Shown here: piece after piece, positions 1-14,005 of the stretch
Layout: each line of letters starts with the position of its first letter
Numbering within the stretch: the stretch's first letter is position 1
Origin: Eledone cirrhosa
Lineage: Eukaryota
Length of the DNA stretch: 64,000 nt
Reading direction: 5' to 3'
Assembly (NCBI GenBank): GCA_964016885.1
Contig: OZ024743.1
Span: 229,586,001 to 229,650,000 of the forward strand
Made by a program: the position numbers and the translations under genes
Notes under the pieces: model-generated
The model's input: the letters and a program-made list of their open reading frames with translations, nothing else
Databases searched by the model: none
What the model was told of the DNA's origin: nothing

Positions 1-300
1 CAAATATTTTTATAACTGCATTCAACAAATATTTGGAGTAAAAATACGATATTAACAAAGGGAAACTATATTTATAAAACCATATTTATTTCATTATACA
101 TATTCCAAGGACACCAAGTTAAATTATGGTGTGCTTTCATCAGATAAAATATAATATAGATCAGTTTTATAAATAAATATTGACATACCCTTAAAGAATG
201 CAACCATTTCTGTTGGAAGCTCCCGGATAGTGGAGTTGTAGCTTTAATTATATTATTAGTATTGGATATTTTAAAAATAAACCGTTGGGTTAAGGAGAAA
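1..300 (+). mobile_element. Penelope-like RT fragment, inverted copy of 2771-3024; probably continues upstream of the window
   Basis: 44-300 is the reverse complement of ~2771-3024 (ttggaagctcccggatagtggagttgtagct vs agctacaactccactatccgggagcttccaa). That segment lies immediately 5' of the YRDD motif of the minus-strand element. Confidence 0.8.
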
Positions 301-1582
301 GAGAGAGATAGAGAAGGAAAGAGAGAGAAACAACAGAGAGAGAAAGATAGAGAGAGAGAGGAGACAGAGAAAGGAGAGAGAGAACGAAAAACTCTAATTC
401 ATATCTTGTTGAGTTAACTTAACAATTGAGATGAAATGAATAAATAAAGTTAGAAATGTTAATAATCATGAATGGAATATACATATATAATATGAGAAAT
501 TTAACCATTGTTTAAATATGATAAGATTTTTAGTTAATCAGTTAAATATTGAGATCAATATATTAAAAATTGGGATCTATATATTAAGAAATCCATATAT
601 TATTAAAAATCTATATATTATATAACACGTATACACACGCAAAAAGTACATACATATATATATATACACGCTTATAAAAATACATATTACATATCTAACT
701 ACGTATATGATATATACATACAAAATATAAAGGATTCTTTAATTTAATTTAAGATATAGGAATCTTATAAAATGTTACGATTGTTAAGATATTAAAGGAA
801 ATTTTATGTTATACACACTTTATGTTATTAAACAAAATTTTTTATATAAGTTTTAGAAGATTACCTGTTATGTATTTATGGCTTTTATTATATGTCTATT
901 TGTCACGAATCTTGGGATAATCATTATACATAAGTGCAATCGAATTGTATGGATATACACGCACATGTACATATATGTACCCTCACAAATAGGTAGATAC
1001 GCATCACGTATATATATACATAGAGATAGACATACACGCATAAAACATATGTACATGCATGTCAATACACACATATACATATATACACTCATATAGAGAG
1101 AAGTATATATAAATACAGTACATAGTATAATTGAGTACATAAAATACAAAAGAATTATATTACGATTTGGCAATATAATTATAAGCAATATAACTTAAAA
1201 AAAATATAACTTTAAAATATTATAGAATATTTCAAGTTATAATTTCAAAATAATAGTATGTTTAATAGATTTAGTATAGAAATTTTCTACGTATATTTAA
1301 CTTAATTTTATATCCATAAGAGAAATAAACAGAAACTTTGAAAGGATAAACTTTCGAAAATAGGAGAAGCTATCAAACAATAAAAAATAAAAAAATATAA
1401 GAAATATTTTCTCTTTTCAAGAGCCCTCAGTATATATCTCTAGAATAGTTTATTATATTTATTTATATTTAGGAAGAAAAGTTATTTTTACTTGAGTGTA
1501 TAATCAGTCAAAAAAGATGAATGAATCTAATGATTTATCGACAGGTTCAATATATTAATAAAATTAATTAATTAATTATATA

Positions 1583-3020
1583 TTACATTTTAAATTTATA
1601 TTTATATTTAAACCTTGCATTTAATCTATGTCTACAGCAACTGAATAAATTATTCCTTAAGTTCAGGGAATTTTTGGTCTTTAATATAAAGAATATTTCC
1701 TCGATACAAAGATCACAATTTTCTGAAGAGGAGTTAAAAGGAGTAGCTTTTGAAATAATATTCCAAATCAACGAATATTCAACGTTCTTTAGTTTGAGGT
1801 CCCATAATAGGCTAGATAGAGAAGTTGAAGATTTTTTGTTTGGATCTGTAAAATAATTTTTATGATTATTGAAGCGGGATTTAAACTCTGTGGAAGTGGA
1901 TCCCACATAATTAAATGAATTTAAATAAATTTTTACATTACAATTATATACTATATTTTTAGCTAAACAATTGTTATTTAACGAACAGTTAGATTATTTC
2001 TACAGTTACATTTATCAAATTGGATATTGCTTGCGTTATTAGTCGTATTTTGGTTAGGTTTTAAATTTCTATTATTAATTCTATTAATATTTTACGCTAA
2101 ATTTTTGGTGGAAGAAAAAGTTAATTTTATAGTATGCCTATTAAAAATTGAGTAATATTTATGTGTTCTAGGGAAGCATTTGTCAAGAGCTTTAAAAAAT
2201 AGTTTAGCAATAGGGGTTTTAATATTTAATGAGAAAGGAGGAGCGAACCATAATATGTTCCTAGTTCTATTTCTTTTTCCGCTTTCGGAATTAATGTAAG
2301 GTTTCTATTATAGTTGTTAAAATTGTTACCATAGTTAACATTGTTACGATTATGGTTAGTTGTTATATTATTATTATTATCAATGTATTTAATTTTATTT
2401 CTATACCCAGCTCTACCTAACGCTTCGTTGTAATAATGTGCTTTTTCATCAAATATATTCTTATTAGCTGAAATTCTCGAAATTCGTTCCTGTACAGAGT
2501 TCACTATAGTATTTTTAACGGATCTGGGGTGATTAGATTTAAAATTGACGTAGTTTAAGTTCTCATTTAGTTTGTGAAATGGATAATGAAGACATGTGTT
2601 AAGATTTAGTGTTACATCTAGAAAGTTAACTATTTTATGGTTATTCTCTATTTCTACTTTTAGATTAAGGTAATTAAAAAATTGTATAATTTGTTTTCTT
2701 TTTCTATTTAGTTCACAGTTATTATTTTCTATAAGTAAAAGCATGTCGTCACGATATAAACCTCCGGTTATCTTTCTCCGTAACCAAACGGTTTATTTTG
2801 AAAATATCCAATAATATAATTAAAGCTACAACTCCACTATCCGGGAGCTTCCAACAGTAATGGTTGCATTCTTTAAAAGTATGTCAATATTTATTTATAA
2901 AACTGATCTATATTATATTTTATCTCATGAAAGCACACCATAATTTAACTTGGTGTCCTTAAAATATGTAAAATGAAATAAATATGGTTTTATAAATATA
3001 GTTTCCCTTTGTTAATATCG

Positions 3021-3024
<4 letters not shown>
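1583..3024 (-). pseudogene. Degenerate Penelope-like retroelement ORF, family A (RT C-terminus/thumb plus GIY-YIG endonuclease)
   Basis: ORF 2226-2744 follows an LYRDD motif and contains VNFLDVTLNL and YVNFKSNHP. ORF 1583-1906 has GSTSTEFKSRFNNH and CDLCIEE. The frame is broken, and an AT-rich 3' UTR extends toward ~400. Confidence 0.9.
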
Positions 3025-3075
<51 letters not shown>

Positions 3076-3078
<3 letters not shown>

Positions 3079-3453
3079 GTTTGAATTTGTAAAGCCAAAA
3101 CAATGCAGGTATCGACATAGAATAAAAAATGCAAATGCAAAAGATATTGTTGACAATTAGTCTTTTACCTTAGATTTATTTAAATGTCCTTAATTTTCGA
3201 GATACTATCTCTTCTTCGGAGGGAAGTAAAGCGGTTAGACCAATGTTCTAAATAGCTTGCCAAGCATACCAAGCTATTTAGAACACTAGTTTAACCGCTT
3301 TACTTCCCTCCGGAGAAGAGATATTATCTCGAAAATTAAGGACATTTAAATAAATCTAAGGTAAAAGACTAATTGTCAACAATATCTTTTGCATTTGCAT
3401 TTTTTATTCTATGTCCATACCTGCATTGTTTTGGCTTTACAAATTCAAACGTT
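3076..3453. repeat. Long fold-back palindrome (~184-bp arms) with a hammerhead variant in each arm
   Basis: Arms are 3076-3259 and 3270-3453. Right arm reads cct-CCGGAGA-a-GAGATA/TATCTC-GAAA-at-TA-agg; the left arm on the minus strand has a CCGAAGA core. Confidence 0.9.
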
Positions 3454-3508
3454 GTTCTGGTGACTAGGCTCGATGGAGCCTGCTACCTTTGATATACTTT
3501 TGTTTATA

Positions 3509-3555
3509 GGCTCTGATGATTCCTACCCTAGGGTATGGATGAAACACTGTTAGGA
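3509..3555 (+). ncRNA. Minimal type I hammerhead motif, partly decayed, in a Penelope terminal fragment
   Basis: CTGATGA at 3513-3519, stem II tcc-taccc/gggta-gga, GAAA at 3541, then cactgTT. Stem I is weak. AATAAA follows. Confidence 0.65.
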
Positions 3556-3618
3556 AATAAAACAATGTATTTCTAAGCACTCTTTGGTTATTCCTAAACT
3601 TATATATATATATATATA

Positions 3619-3830
3619 TTGTGTAGGTAGTACGGTAAAATACTGGTGTTGATACCAAATCAAGCACTCTATGCACAGGCAGAGTGTATATAAGGAAGTT
3701 TCGTTTACATAAGAAAAATATTTATTGCTTATCAACCTGTTACGAGCCAATCCTCTGCGAAACACGTGTAACTGGTCGATATTCAATAAATATTTTTCAG
3801 ATGTAAACAAAACTTCCTCGTTTTTTCTAT
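3619..3830. mobile_element. Penelope terminal fragment (family B) folded back at its hammerhead
   Basis: 3619-3745 matches 15873-16010. 3746-3818 is the inverted copy and contains tctgcGAAAcacgtgTAactggt. Confidence 0.8.
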
Positions 3831-3861
3831 TATATATTTATATATATAATATATAAGATCA

Positions 3862-3966
3862 AAAGATGATCTTATATATTATGTATACTCCAGTCCTACA
3901 AACTGTAGAGTGCTTCTTATCCGATATCTGCATTGCTTTATTGTACTACAATAGAACTCACCTCCT

Positions 3967-3967
<1 letters not shown>
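3862..3967 (+). mobile_element. Solo 3'-terminal fragment of Penelope family C
   Basis: Reverse complement of ~6970-7071; flanked by TA/CA repeats. Confidence 0.8.
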
Positions 3968-4017
<50 letters not shown>

Positions 4018-4228
4018 CATATATATAATGAACACAAATGTAGTGGATGAAAATTTCATATAATTTCATAGAGTATATTTGCCTTCAATAAAAAAAGCAG
4101 TTAACAAGCCAACAACATTCTATATCCTGATGAGAAGACTGTTAAAGTCTAGAATCGTAGATTAGATTATAGATTTTGGTACTTTGTTATTCCAAATGAA
4201 CTGCAGAAAACTCATGAAAGGTTTAGAT

Positions 4229-4458
<230 letters not shown>

Positions 4459-4554
4459 AGATGAATATATAGATAGACAGACAGAGAAATGCAAATATAT
4501 ACGTATCAGTTGATTTCTCTCTCTCTCTCTGTCTCTCTCTCTCTCTCTTCACAG

Positions 4555-4598
<44 letters not shown>

Positions 4599-5286
4599 AT
4601 ATATAGATCGACAAACAGAGAAATCTAAATATATACGTATCAGTTGATTTCTCTCTCTCTCTCTGTCCCTCTCTCACTCTTTCTCTCTCTCTTCACAGAT
4701 ACACACACACACACACGCAAATGCATACAAACACACACACACATAGATGGACAAACATATGCACAAACATACGTATATATCCAACACCCCTTCCCATAAA
4801 CACGCTCACGCACACCTCAATACGTCTTCGTTTATTACCAGAACTGACATGATGAATTTAGTTTAGTCACAAGATGTCTGACTGACAGATGCTGTAAGCA
4901 ACAATAGAAGCCGAGCATTCGAACATAACATAATAGCTGTCCCTTTGACTAATTCATTTGGCTGAAGTGAAATTGTCTTTCAGAGCATTCTCCCTCTCTT
5001 TCGTTCTTTCTCTCCCTCTCTCCCTCTCTCTCATTTACTTCTGACCTCTTGAGGATTAGACAAGCATGAAATGTTCTATTTGACAAACACACAATACACA
5101 GAGAAGACAATACATACTTTTCAGTCCATTATTATACATAGTTTCGTAATAACTTCCTTCCCCATTCTGCTGCTACTAGATTCACTATTAACTGCCGTTG
5201 TCTGTTTGTGTATGTATGTATGTATATATGTACGTATGTGTGTAAGTGCCTAAGTGTGCATGATTGTGTGTGACTGGTGTTTCGTA

Positions 5287-5333
<47 letters not shown>

Positions 5334-5344
5334 GACATATATAT

Positions 5345-5401
<57 letters not shown>

Positions 5402-6286
5402 TACACGGGTGTGTATGATTGTGTGTAGAGGATTATATTAATAAAAGGAATTCCAGATTTGTCTGATTTACTCGTTTTATTTACAATCCTTTAAAATTAT
5501 AATGATATTATAATGAAATAGCGTGATAGAATATTAAATGTTATGTGTTAAGTGTTAATTGAACAAGTATTTTCAAGGTTTCGCAATCTTCAGGTTCATA
5601 GTCAATGGTGCAATTTTCAACTGTAATGAGATGGCTAAATTTTGTGCCTTATATACAGTATAAAGTGGCTACAGCATGCTAAGTTTTGCAAACTCTATTT
5701 CAACCAATCGGTGTGTAGTTTCACTAGATTACTAAAGCTGATTGGTTTAGGCATCACGGTTGGTTGAGCATGTCTAACAACTTCTATTTGACCTTATCCA
5801 AAGCATAAATTGTATATAGATACACACGTATATATACACTATCATGTAAATTCCTATATTTATATCTATATAATTACATTATACATGTACATCTACGAAT
5901 ACATAGCTACTGCATGTCTACATGTACATGAACACACATACACACACATACACACACGCACACGAACGCACACACTCACACTCATATATATATTCAAACA
6001 TTCATATATGATAGAAACAGAACGACAGAGTAATTTTTATGTGTTCGTATATGTATATGTTTGTTTACTTACACAAAAAAATGACATGACCACATTACCT
6101 TCGCACCCAATCCACTTCATCTTTGTGGTTTTCTGTGATTTCAGCTACAACGGTCGGAGGTTGGTCTGAGATGTCTAGTACAATATCTTCCTTTGTTCAT
6201 ACTTTTTAATTCTATCTATTGATATGATGATGCACTGCGCCACACAACTCACGTGGATGGTATAATACATGTATGTGTCTATATGG

Positions 6287-6365
<79 letters not shown>

Positions 6366-6451
6366 ACATCTGTATATCTGTATATATATATATATATATA
6401 TGAGTGTGTATACATCTGTACATCTGTATATATATATATTTGTATGTAAAT

Positions 6452-6491
<40 letters not shown>

Positions 6492-6495
6492 CAAC

Positions 6496-6527
<32 letters not shown>

Positions 6528-6538
6528 AGATATGCAGA

Positions 6539-6571
<33 letters not shown>

Positions 6572-6577
6572 TTGTGA

Positions 6578-6695
6578 AGGCGTGTGGCTGAGTGGTTAGA
6601 TAATTGTATTCGCAATCGTAAGGTTGTGAGTTCGATTCATGGACCAAGCGATGCGTTATGTCCTTGAGCAAGACAATTTATTTCACGTTGCTCCT
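6578..6695 (+). mobile_element. tRNA-derived SINE (family 2), 3' truncated
   Basis: A box tggctgagtggtt, B box gagttcgattc, body tgtccttgagcaagaca...tttcacgttgctcc. A related copy lies at ~20915. Confidence 0.75.
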
Positions 6696-6890
6696 TCTAC
6701 CTGGAGTTGCGACCGATAGATAGTATTAGCAATTGGAAAGACCAACGGAAACATTGTTCCCTCGGTCCGATTTGACAAAAAAGTCGATCGTTCCTTTGTA
6801 TATATGTGTTTCGTTTCTGAAAGTGAAAGCAACTGGTGCGTGTGTTTCTTATTGGCAACATGACCCTCCCAAAGTATAACAATATGTATA

Positions 6891-6968
<78 letters not shown>

Positions 6969-7095
6969 TGTAGGAGGTGAGTTTTATTTTAGTACAATAA
7001 AGCAATGCAGATATCGGATAAGTAACACTCTACAGTTTGTAGGACTGGAGTATAAATAATATATAAGATCAAAAAATGGTTAAAAGAGTTCCATG

Positions 7096-7166
7096 TATTT
7101 TATTATGCGCATTTCAAAAACAAATACCATCATGCGATGACATTTGCGTTTTCGTCAGATAAAATA
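7096..7166 (-). ncRNA. Type I hammerhead ribozyme with canonical core
   Basis: Minus strand reads tattttat-CTGACGA-aaacgcaaatgtcatc/gatggtatttgttttt-GAAA-tgcgca-TA-ataaaata: 8-bp stem I, long stem II, palindromic stem III. Confidence 0.9.
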
Positions 7167-8080
7167 GGGAGACATGATATGAAGGTTAAAAAACACTTGT
7201 GAATAGTGCAGTTTAAATCAACATATGAAAAGTAGTTTTAGATTGATGTGTGATATTGGGAGAAAAAAAATGAAAAAAAATGAGGGGTGGGGGGGGGGGT
7301 GGAAAGGATGAAAAAGAGGAGGAGATGAGTGTAAAGAAGAGAGGGGGAGGAGTATAATAAGGATGAGATAGGAGGAGAGATGGGTGATAGCGAGAGAGAG
7401 ATAGCTTTTATAACTGAGAAAAATATATTGTTTTGCAGAGAGAGGTTAAAAAACCGTTGGAAGATAATATATAAATTAAAAGAATTTCGAAATTAACGAA
7501 GAGAAAAATTTAAGAATAATGTTAAATTCAGGTTTGTATATTGAAGTGTTTAATAATATGTGCGATGAAAAGAAATTGTTAATATGTATTAAGAATAATA
7601 TTAAGTTAAGGTTTGAATATTGAAGGGTTTAATAATATGTGCGATGGAAAGAAATTGTTGATATGTATTATTAAAAAAAAAAAAAAATAGTAATGCAATT
7701 AAGGATATAGTGTGAAAAGAAGTAGGAGAGTGGATGAATATGTGTAATATGTAGAAGTTACATGAGCATGAAAGGGAGAAAAAAATACTGAATTGAGGAT
7801 GAACAATCTAACGTAAAAAAAATGTTTATGTTTACGAAGGATTTTTCAAGGTGATACTATAAAGTATTTAAAAGGGTAATAGTAAATTTTATGGCCAGTG
7901 ATAGGATGGAAGAAGGAAGAGTGGATATATTGTGGTGAGTAATAATGAGAATTGAGAAGTATCTAGGAAGAAAAGGTACAAATTAGAGGTTAGAAATTAA
8001 AAGAAAAAAGGAAAAAAAGGAAGAAAGGGAAGTGATAAATACGAGTGTTATAGAATGAGTAACTAGTATTATATAATGTA

Positions 8081-8960
8081 CTAGCAAATGACCCCCGTCC
8101 ATTGGACGGTGTCAGTTCTTGGTAGGGCTGCATATTAATGGTCAATTTCCGTGTTGTATGTTTAACTTGGAGGATAATTTTACCTGATCAACTCTTTCAA
8201 TAAAAAAAATGAGACGGTATTCAAAAAGAGCAAGTTTTATTTACAGATATGTGTCATTAAAATGTGAACATAGAGAAATGTATCGTTAGCCGTGTCGGTT
8301 GAACAATGTGTATTTTAAAACATCCATCATGTACACACACACACAAACACATACACACACAAACATACACACACATACACACAAACACACACACATACAC
8401 ACACACACATACGCACACAATCCCAAGACGTGACGTTGTGGAAGGGGGAGAGCTAAGATGTGTAATAAATAAGTTAAAATTATAAACGCTGTATTTATCA
8501 TATTCGCGTCACACACACTCCTCTCTTTCTTTATTTTACTCTCTCTCTCTCTCACTCCTCTCTTTCTATCTCTCTCTCACACATCCTTCTCTGGCCGTTA
8601 TGGAAATTACACACACACACACACGCACATGCACGCACACATACACACACATATACACACGCACATACACATACAATCCCATAACGTCGTGTTGTGGAAG
8701 AGGGAGAGTTAAGAAGTGTGTAAAAGGAACGCTCTCTCTCTTTATGGCCGTCATGGAATTTGTTAGTGCAAAAGTCTATAAGATTATAAAATCGAAGTTT
8801 GTGACTTCGAAATTAATCATTATGAAATAAACTTTTCTTGATGTTACAAACGGTAGCGTATTTTGGCTATGTGTTTAATTTGACAGAGATGGATAGAATA
8901 TTTTCCAAGTGAAACTCTTTTACACACACACACACAGAACGGGAATTATATATATATAGA
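8081..8960 (-). mobile_element. Non-autonomous Helitron
   Basis: On the minus strand it starts A|TC (8960) and ends CTAG|T (8081), with a subterminal hairpin ccgtcc-att-ggacgg. It has no TSD, carries internal CA/CT repeats and interrupts the Penelope 3' UTR. Confidence 0.82.
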
Positions 8961-9074
8961 TAATAAATAACATTGAAAGAAGGTAGTAAGATGGGTATAT
9001 TTTTAAAGAAATATATATGTATTTATATGTGTGCCTTTGAGAAAAAGGATTTTAAATTGGTAAATTATTAGATA

Positions 9075-11180
9075 TTAGCTGTATACTTTATGGAATGTTC
9101 TGTCGAATTTATGCAAGCCGAGAGAAAACAAGTCAGTGCGTCTATTTACTATATAATCTAAATTAGACATAATGGTAAATTTATCACATAAACAGAGATT
9201 ACATGTCTTGGATAGAGAGGCATTCAAGTATGAAGAAGCAGAACAAACCTTCCTCCAAGAGATGTTATATTTAATGTTTTTGTCTTTCAAGGACCATATG
9301 AGTTCTGAGAGTGCCGTGTTGGTTCTTTTAAGTTGGTATTTAAAATACGAATGATGATTATAAAGACGAGCTTTAAAGGAGGTGGAAGTGGAGCCAAAAT
9401 AGGTAAAGGAATTGGTGTCAGTTATAACTTTACATTCATAGATTAAGTTTTTTTCAAGACAATGGTTGTTGAGAGGACATTTATTTTTAACAGGGCAATT
9501 ACAATTGCGATTAGAGAAATTAACAGAGTTATTAACAAGTGACCTAGTGTTATCTATAGAAGGAATTGGATTGGAGAAGTTATTTACGATAGGAATAATA
9601 GTTTCTTGATTTAGATTGGGATTAAGAACATTTAACGAAGTTGCGTTTGACGTTGTATTTGGGTTTGCAGAAATTAGCCTAGGGTTTACAATGACGTCGG
9701 GAGTACTATTACTATTATTATGATATTCAGTGTTGGAAGGAAGCGATTTAGTATTTAGTATTTTATTGTTGTGTTTAGAGATAATGTTGGAGATGTTGGA
9801 GGAGGTCGAATAGGAAAATGTTATAGTGTGTTTGTTAAATATTTTACTATAGATATGTGAGGGAGGGAAGCATTTATTTAAGGCACTAAAGAATAATTTA
9901 GGAATATTATTATTAATACAGATGGAGAAAGGAGCATTATACCAGATTATCTTTTTGTATCTAGGTCTTTTATTAAAGTTATTGGAATGATCATGATTAA
10001 TTATTCTACTGTAAGATCTTCTAGAATTTGTTTCTTTACTGTATTTGATTTTATCAGGATAACCGGCTTTAGAAAGCGCGTTATTATAGTAATTGGCGTT
10101 AGCATCAAAGATGTTTTTATTAGATGATAGGTTGGATATTCTTTTTCCAATATTACGAACTATAGCATTCTTAATATTAGTGGGGTGGTTAGATTTAAAA
10201 TTAACATAATTTAGATTCTCATTGTTTTTCTGGTAAGGGTAATATAGGCCAGTGTCAAGATTAAGAGATACATCCAAGAAATTAACTAGTTTGATGTTGT
10301 TATCAAATTCAATTTTTAAGTTATGTTGGTTAAAGAGATTACGTATATTGTTCTTAATAATATTAAGGTTAACTATGTTGCAATTTAAGATCTTAAAACG
10401 TCCATCGTCACGATCAATTCCAACGCGAAGTTTAGGAATTTTCAGATTCAAAGAGTTCAAAATAAAGATACCAATTAAATCTGTCAATTGGGATGAATCG
10501 GATGCTCCCATTGTGATGTCAAAGTTGTTAGAGGTATCAGCTCTGGTCCAATATTCATTGTTGAACTCTCGGATGGTTTTACGTGCGGTGAGAATGATGT
10601 GAAGTTCATCTGTGGTGAATATTTGTAAGCGAAAGATAGAGCATTGTTGAGAAGTGAGGGCGAAATAGAAGAATAGTAGCTGGCAATATCAAATTGAATA
10701 AATTTTTGTTTGTTTTTCTTATTCAATTTGTTGAACCAGCCAATCACTTCAGAAGTACCAAACCATAAATTTAAGTTCGAAGTAGAGCAATTAGAACGAA
10801 CCTGTGGGATAATTCTATCCAAGATGGCTTTGCTAACAACCCCAGATCTGATTTAGAGGGGGAGATTGGTCTAACAGGTAGTTCAGTACGAAAGTTGCTT
10901 TTGTGATCCTTGAGATTTTTCCTCGGAGTTCTTGGGAGGAATGGTTCGGTCTTTTTTCCGATGCCAAGTTTTGACATAATCTCAGAAGCTTCAAAGTTTA
11001 CGGATTCTAAATTATCATGGTTGGTTTTGCGATATTGTTTCCTAAGTTCCTTACGGATAAGGTTGTTATAGTTATCCTTAGAAATACCATATAAATTATT
11101 TGTTTTGTCGGAGTTTTGAGGAATTTAGGTTTAAAATTGTGCTCTTGAGATTTACAAGGTGCTCTTGTCCTCTGTAAGGG
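9075..11180 (-). pseudogene. Penelope-like RT plus GIY-YIG endonuclease, frameshifted
   Basis: Motifs: PVRPISPSKS, FIQFDIASYY, MGASDSSQLTDLIG, IDRDDG (YRDD mutated), VNFLDVSLNL, CNC..CPLNNHC, LIYECKV...YFGSTSTSFKARLYNH. Confidence 0.93.
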
Positions 11181-11815
11181 TTTCTCTTGAATTTAAGATT
11201 TTTTAACATAAACATAAACATAAACATAAACATAAACATAAACATAAACATTTTTTTTTACGTTAGATTATTCATCCTCAATTCATTATTTTTTTCTCCC
11301 TTTCATGCTCATCTAACTTCTACATATTACACATATTCATCCACTCTTCTACTTCTTTTCACAATATATCCTTAATTACATTACTATTTTTATATTTTTT
11401 TAATAATACATATTAACAATTTCTTTTCATCGCACATATTATTAAAGCCTTCAATATACAAACCTTAATTTAACATTATTCTTAAATTTTTCTCTTCGTT
11501 AATTTTGAAATTCTTTTAATTTATATATTATCTTCCAACGGTCTTTTAACCTCTCTCTGTAAAACAATATATTTTTCTCAGTTATAAAAGCTATCTCTCT
11601 CTCTCTATCACCCATCTCTCCTCCTATCTCATCTTTATTATACTCCTGCCCTCCATTCTTTACTCTCATCTCCTCCTCTTTTTCATCCTTTCCAAACCAC
11701 CACCCCACCCTCAATTTTTTTTCCAATATCACACATCAATCTAAAACTACTTTTCATATGTTGATTTAAAACTGCACTATTCACAAGTGTTTTTAACCTT
11801 CATATCATGTCTCCC

Positions 11816-11886
11816 TATTTTATCTGACGAAAACGCAAATGTCATCGCATGATGATATTTGTTTTTGAAATGCGCATAATATAATA
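11816..11886 (+). ncRNA. Type I hammerhead ribozyme in the inverted pLTR
   Basis: tattttat-CTGACGA-...-GAAA-tgcgca-TA-atataata; inverted copy of 7096-7166. Confidence 0.88.
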
Positions 11887-11914
11887 CATGGAACTCTTTT
11901 AACCATCTGTTGAT

Positions 11915-11981
<67 letters not shown>

Positions 11982-12235
11982 AAAATTAAAATTAAGGATT
12001 GTCATGTCTGGGAGACATGCGTCATACCCACCGTAGAATAAGCTCAAAGATTAGATTCGAGCATTACATATCAACTAGAAATACATTGACATATATATAT
12101 ATAAAATAAATACATGAAACAATTCTTTACAAATTATTCCCTGTGATTGATTCATGTATATATTTTATATATATATATGTCAATCTATATATATATATAT
12201 GTCAATATATATATATATGTCAATCTATTGCTAGT

Positions 12236-13972
12236 TGATTCTCCTTCTTCTGCTCCTTCCACCCCTCCCTCCAAATCTTTGCCCAGTACACCGGCCCACG
12301 CCCGAACTGTACGGTCGTTACATCGACGACTGTATCGGAGCCACGACCCTCACCAGAGAACAGCTCAACTCATTCTCTACTTCTTCTGCTCCTTCCACCC
12401 CTTCCTCCATTTCACCACCTCTATCTCCAGCACCCACGTCTACTTCTTAGACATCCCCATCGCCTTCGACCCCTCCCACCACTCCCTCGTCACCTCCGCC
12501 CTCTTCAAACCCACCGACTCCTACTCCTACCTCGACTTCACCTACACCCACTAAACACTCTATTCCCTACTCTCAACTCCTCAGGATCCGCCGCCTCTGC
12601 AGCCGAGATGTTGACTTTGAGTCGCAGGCCCTTTCCCTGGTCAACCATTTCATCCGCAGAGGTCCCCCCACCCTCGCCCACACCGCCCTCACTCGCGCCC
12701 GTGCTGTCAACCGCTCCACCACCCTCACCCCACACCACCGCACACCACCCAACGTCTCCCCTTCCCCATCACCTACAATCCCGCCACCCTACCCCTCTCC
12801 GCACCATCCACCGCCTCTTCTGACGCCTCCAGTCCGAACCCTCCACCTCCCACATCTTCCCATCCCCACCACTCTCCTCCTTCAAACGCGCACGCAATCT
12901 CTGCACCCTCCTCGTCCGCAGCTCCCTACCCCCAACCCACGCTCTTATTTTCCCCCCGGTTCCCTTCCCTGTTCCAGGCCTCGTTGCAACACCTGCCCCC
13001 ACATCACCAACAACACCACCTTCCAGGGTTCCAACGGCGACGCTCTCTCTGTCCGGCATGCCTTCCGCTGCACCTCCTCCAGCCTAGCACATGGACTTCG
13101 CTGCACGGAGTGCAGCACAACCTACGTCGGACAGACTGGACGTCGCCTGGCGGACCGTTTCACCGAATACCTCTGGGATATTCGTTTCGGCGGGAGTTCC
13201 CCCATCGCCCGCCAATTTGGTGCCCCTGGACATTCCGCGCACCACCTCACAATCTGTGGCCTACTCCAATGCCACGGAACACCCGCTACCCGCCTCAGGG
13301 TCGAACAACGCACCATCTTCACCCTACAGACCCACATTCCCCCCGGCCTGAACTCCCCACCTCTATTCCTTTAGCCTTCGACCCCCCTGTTCCTCCCCCA
13401 CTCACATATACCCCACTTACATCACTAACACACTCCTCCTTTTCACCCCCCTGTCCCACCCCACAACTAACAATACTAACACCCCCACCCGACCCCGACC
13501 ACCCTCCCCCAACTAACAATACTAACATCCCCCCCTATCACGCACACACACACCGGTACATATATACACGCACTCACACTATCCACACACCACACTACCA
13601 CCACTAACCCTCACCCACACATCCACTCCAACCACCCCACAACTAATACCACTAACTTCCCCCGACCCCACGCATACGAACAACCACACCCACCCACACC
13701 CACTTACACCTCCCACTCTACACCACGCACTCAACATTACCCACTCTACACCACCCACTCTACACCACTCACTCTACATATCCTACCACCACTGACCCCC
13801 GCTAACACACCCGCATTCAACCCTTTCCCCGCCACCAGTATACGAAGACCCACTAACACCCCCTTCACCACACTCACACTCATCCAAACACGCACACACA
13901 CACCAGTACACTACACTCCCTCCAACGTCCCCCACACCTTTTCTTTCCCTCTCCTCGCTCCACTCACACCCC

Positions 13973-14005
<33 letters not shown>

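Larger units (their letters stand above)
6970..11918 (-). mobile_element. Penelope-like element, family C: 5'-truncated, with an inverted pLTR and a Helitron insertion
   Basis: RT/GIY-YIG ORFs span 9075 to ~11180. 11240-11918 is an inverted copy of ~7062-7833. The element is flanked by (TA)n. Confidence 0.92.

Noticed and set aside
1396-1435. Minus-strand CTGAGGG...GAAA hammerhead-like motif for family A
   Set aside because: A9 is changed, stems are weak and the context is very AT-rich, so it could be chance.
4120-4172. CTGATGA plus agact/agtct hairpin
   Set aside because: The GAAA box is defective (agaat). It is probably a dead hammerhead and is not supported well enough to list.
5560-5610. 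Minus-strand CTGAAGA-ttgc-GAAA
   Set aside because: There is no room for stem II and no stem I pairing.
6578-6650. tRNA gene
   Set aside because: A and B boxes are present but the cloverleaf is poor and the sequence runs into a SINE body.
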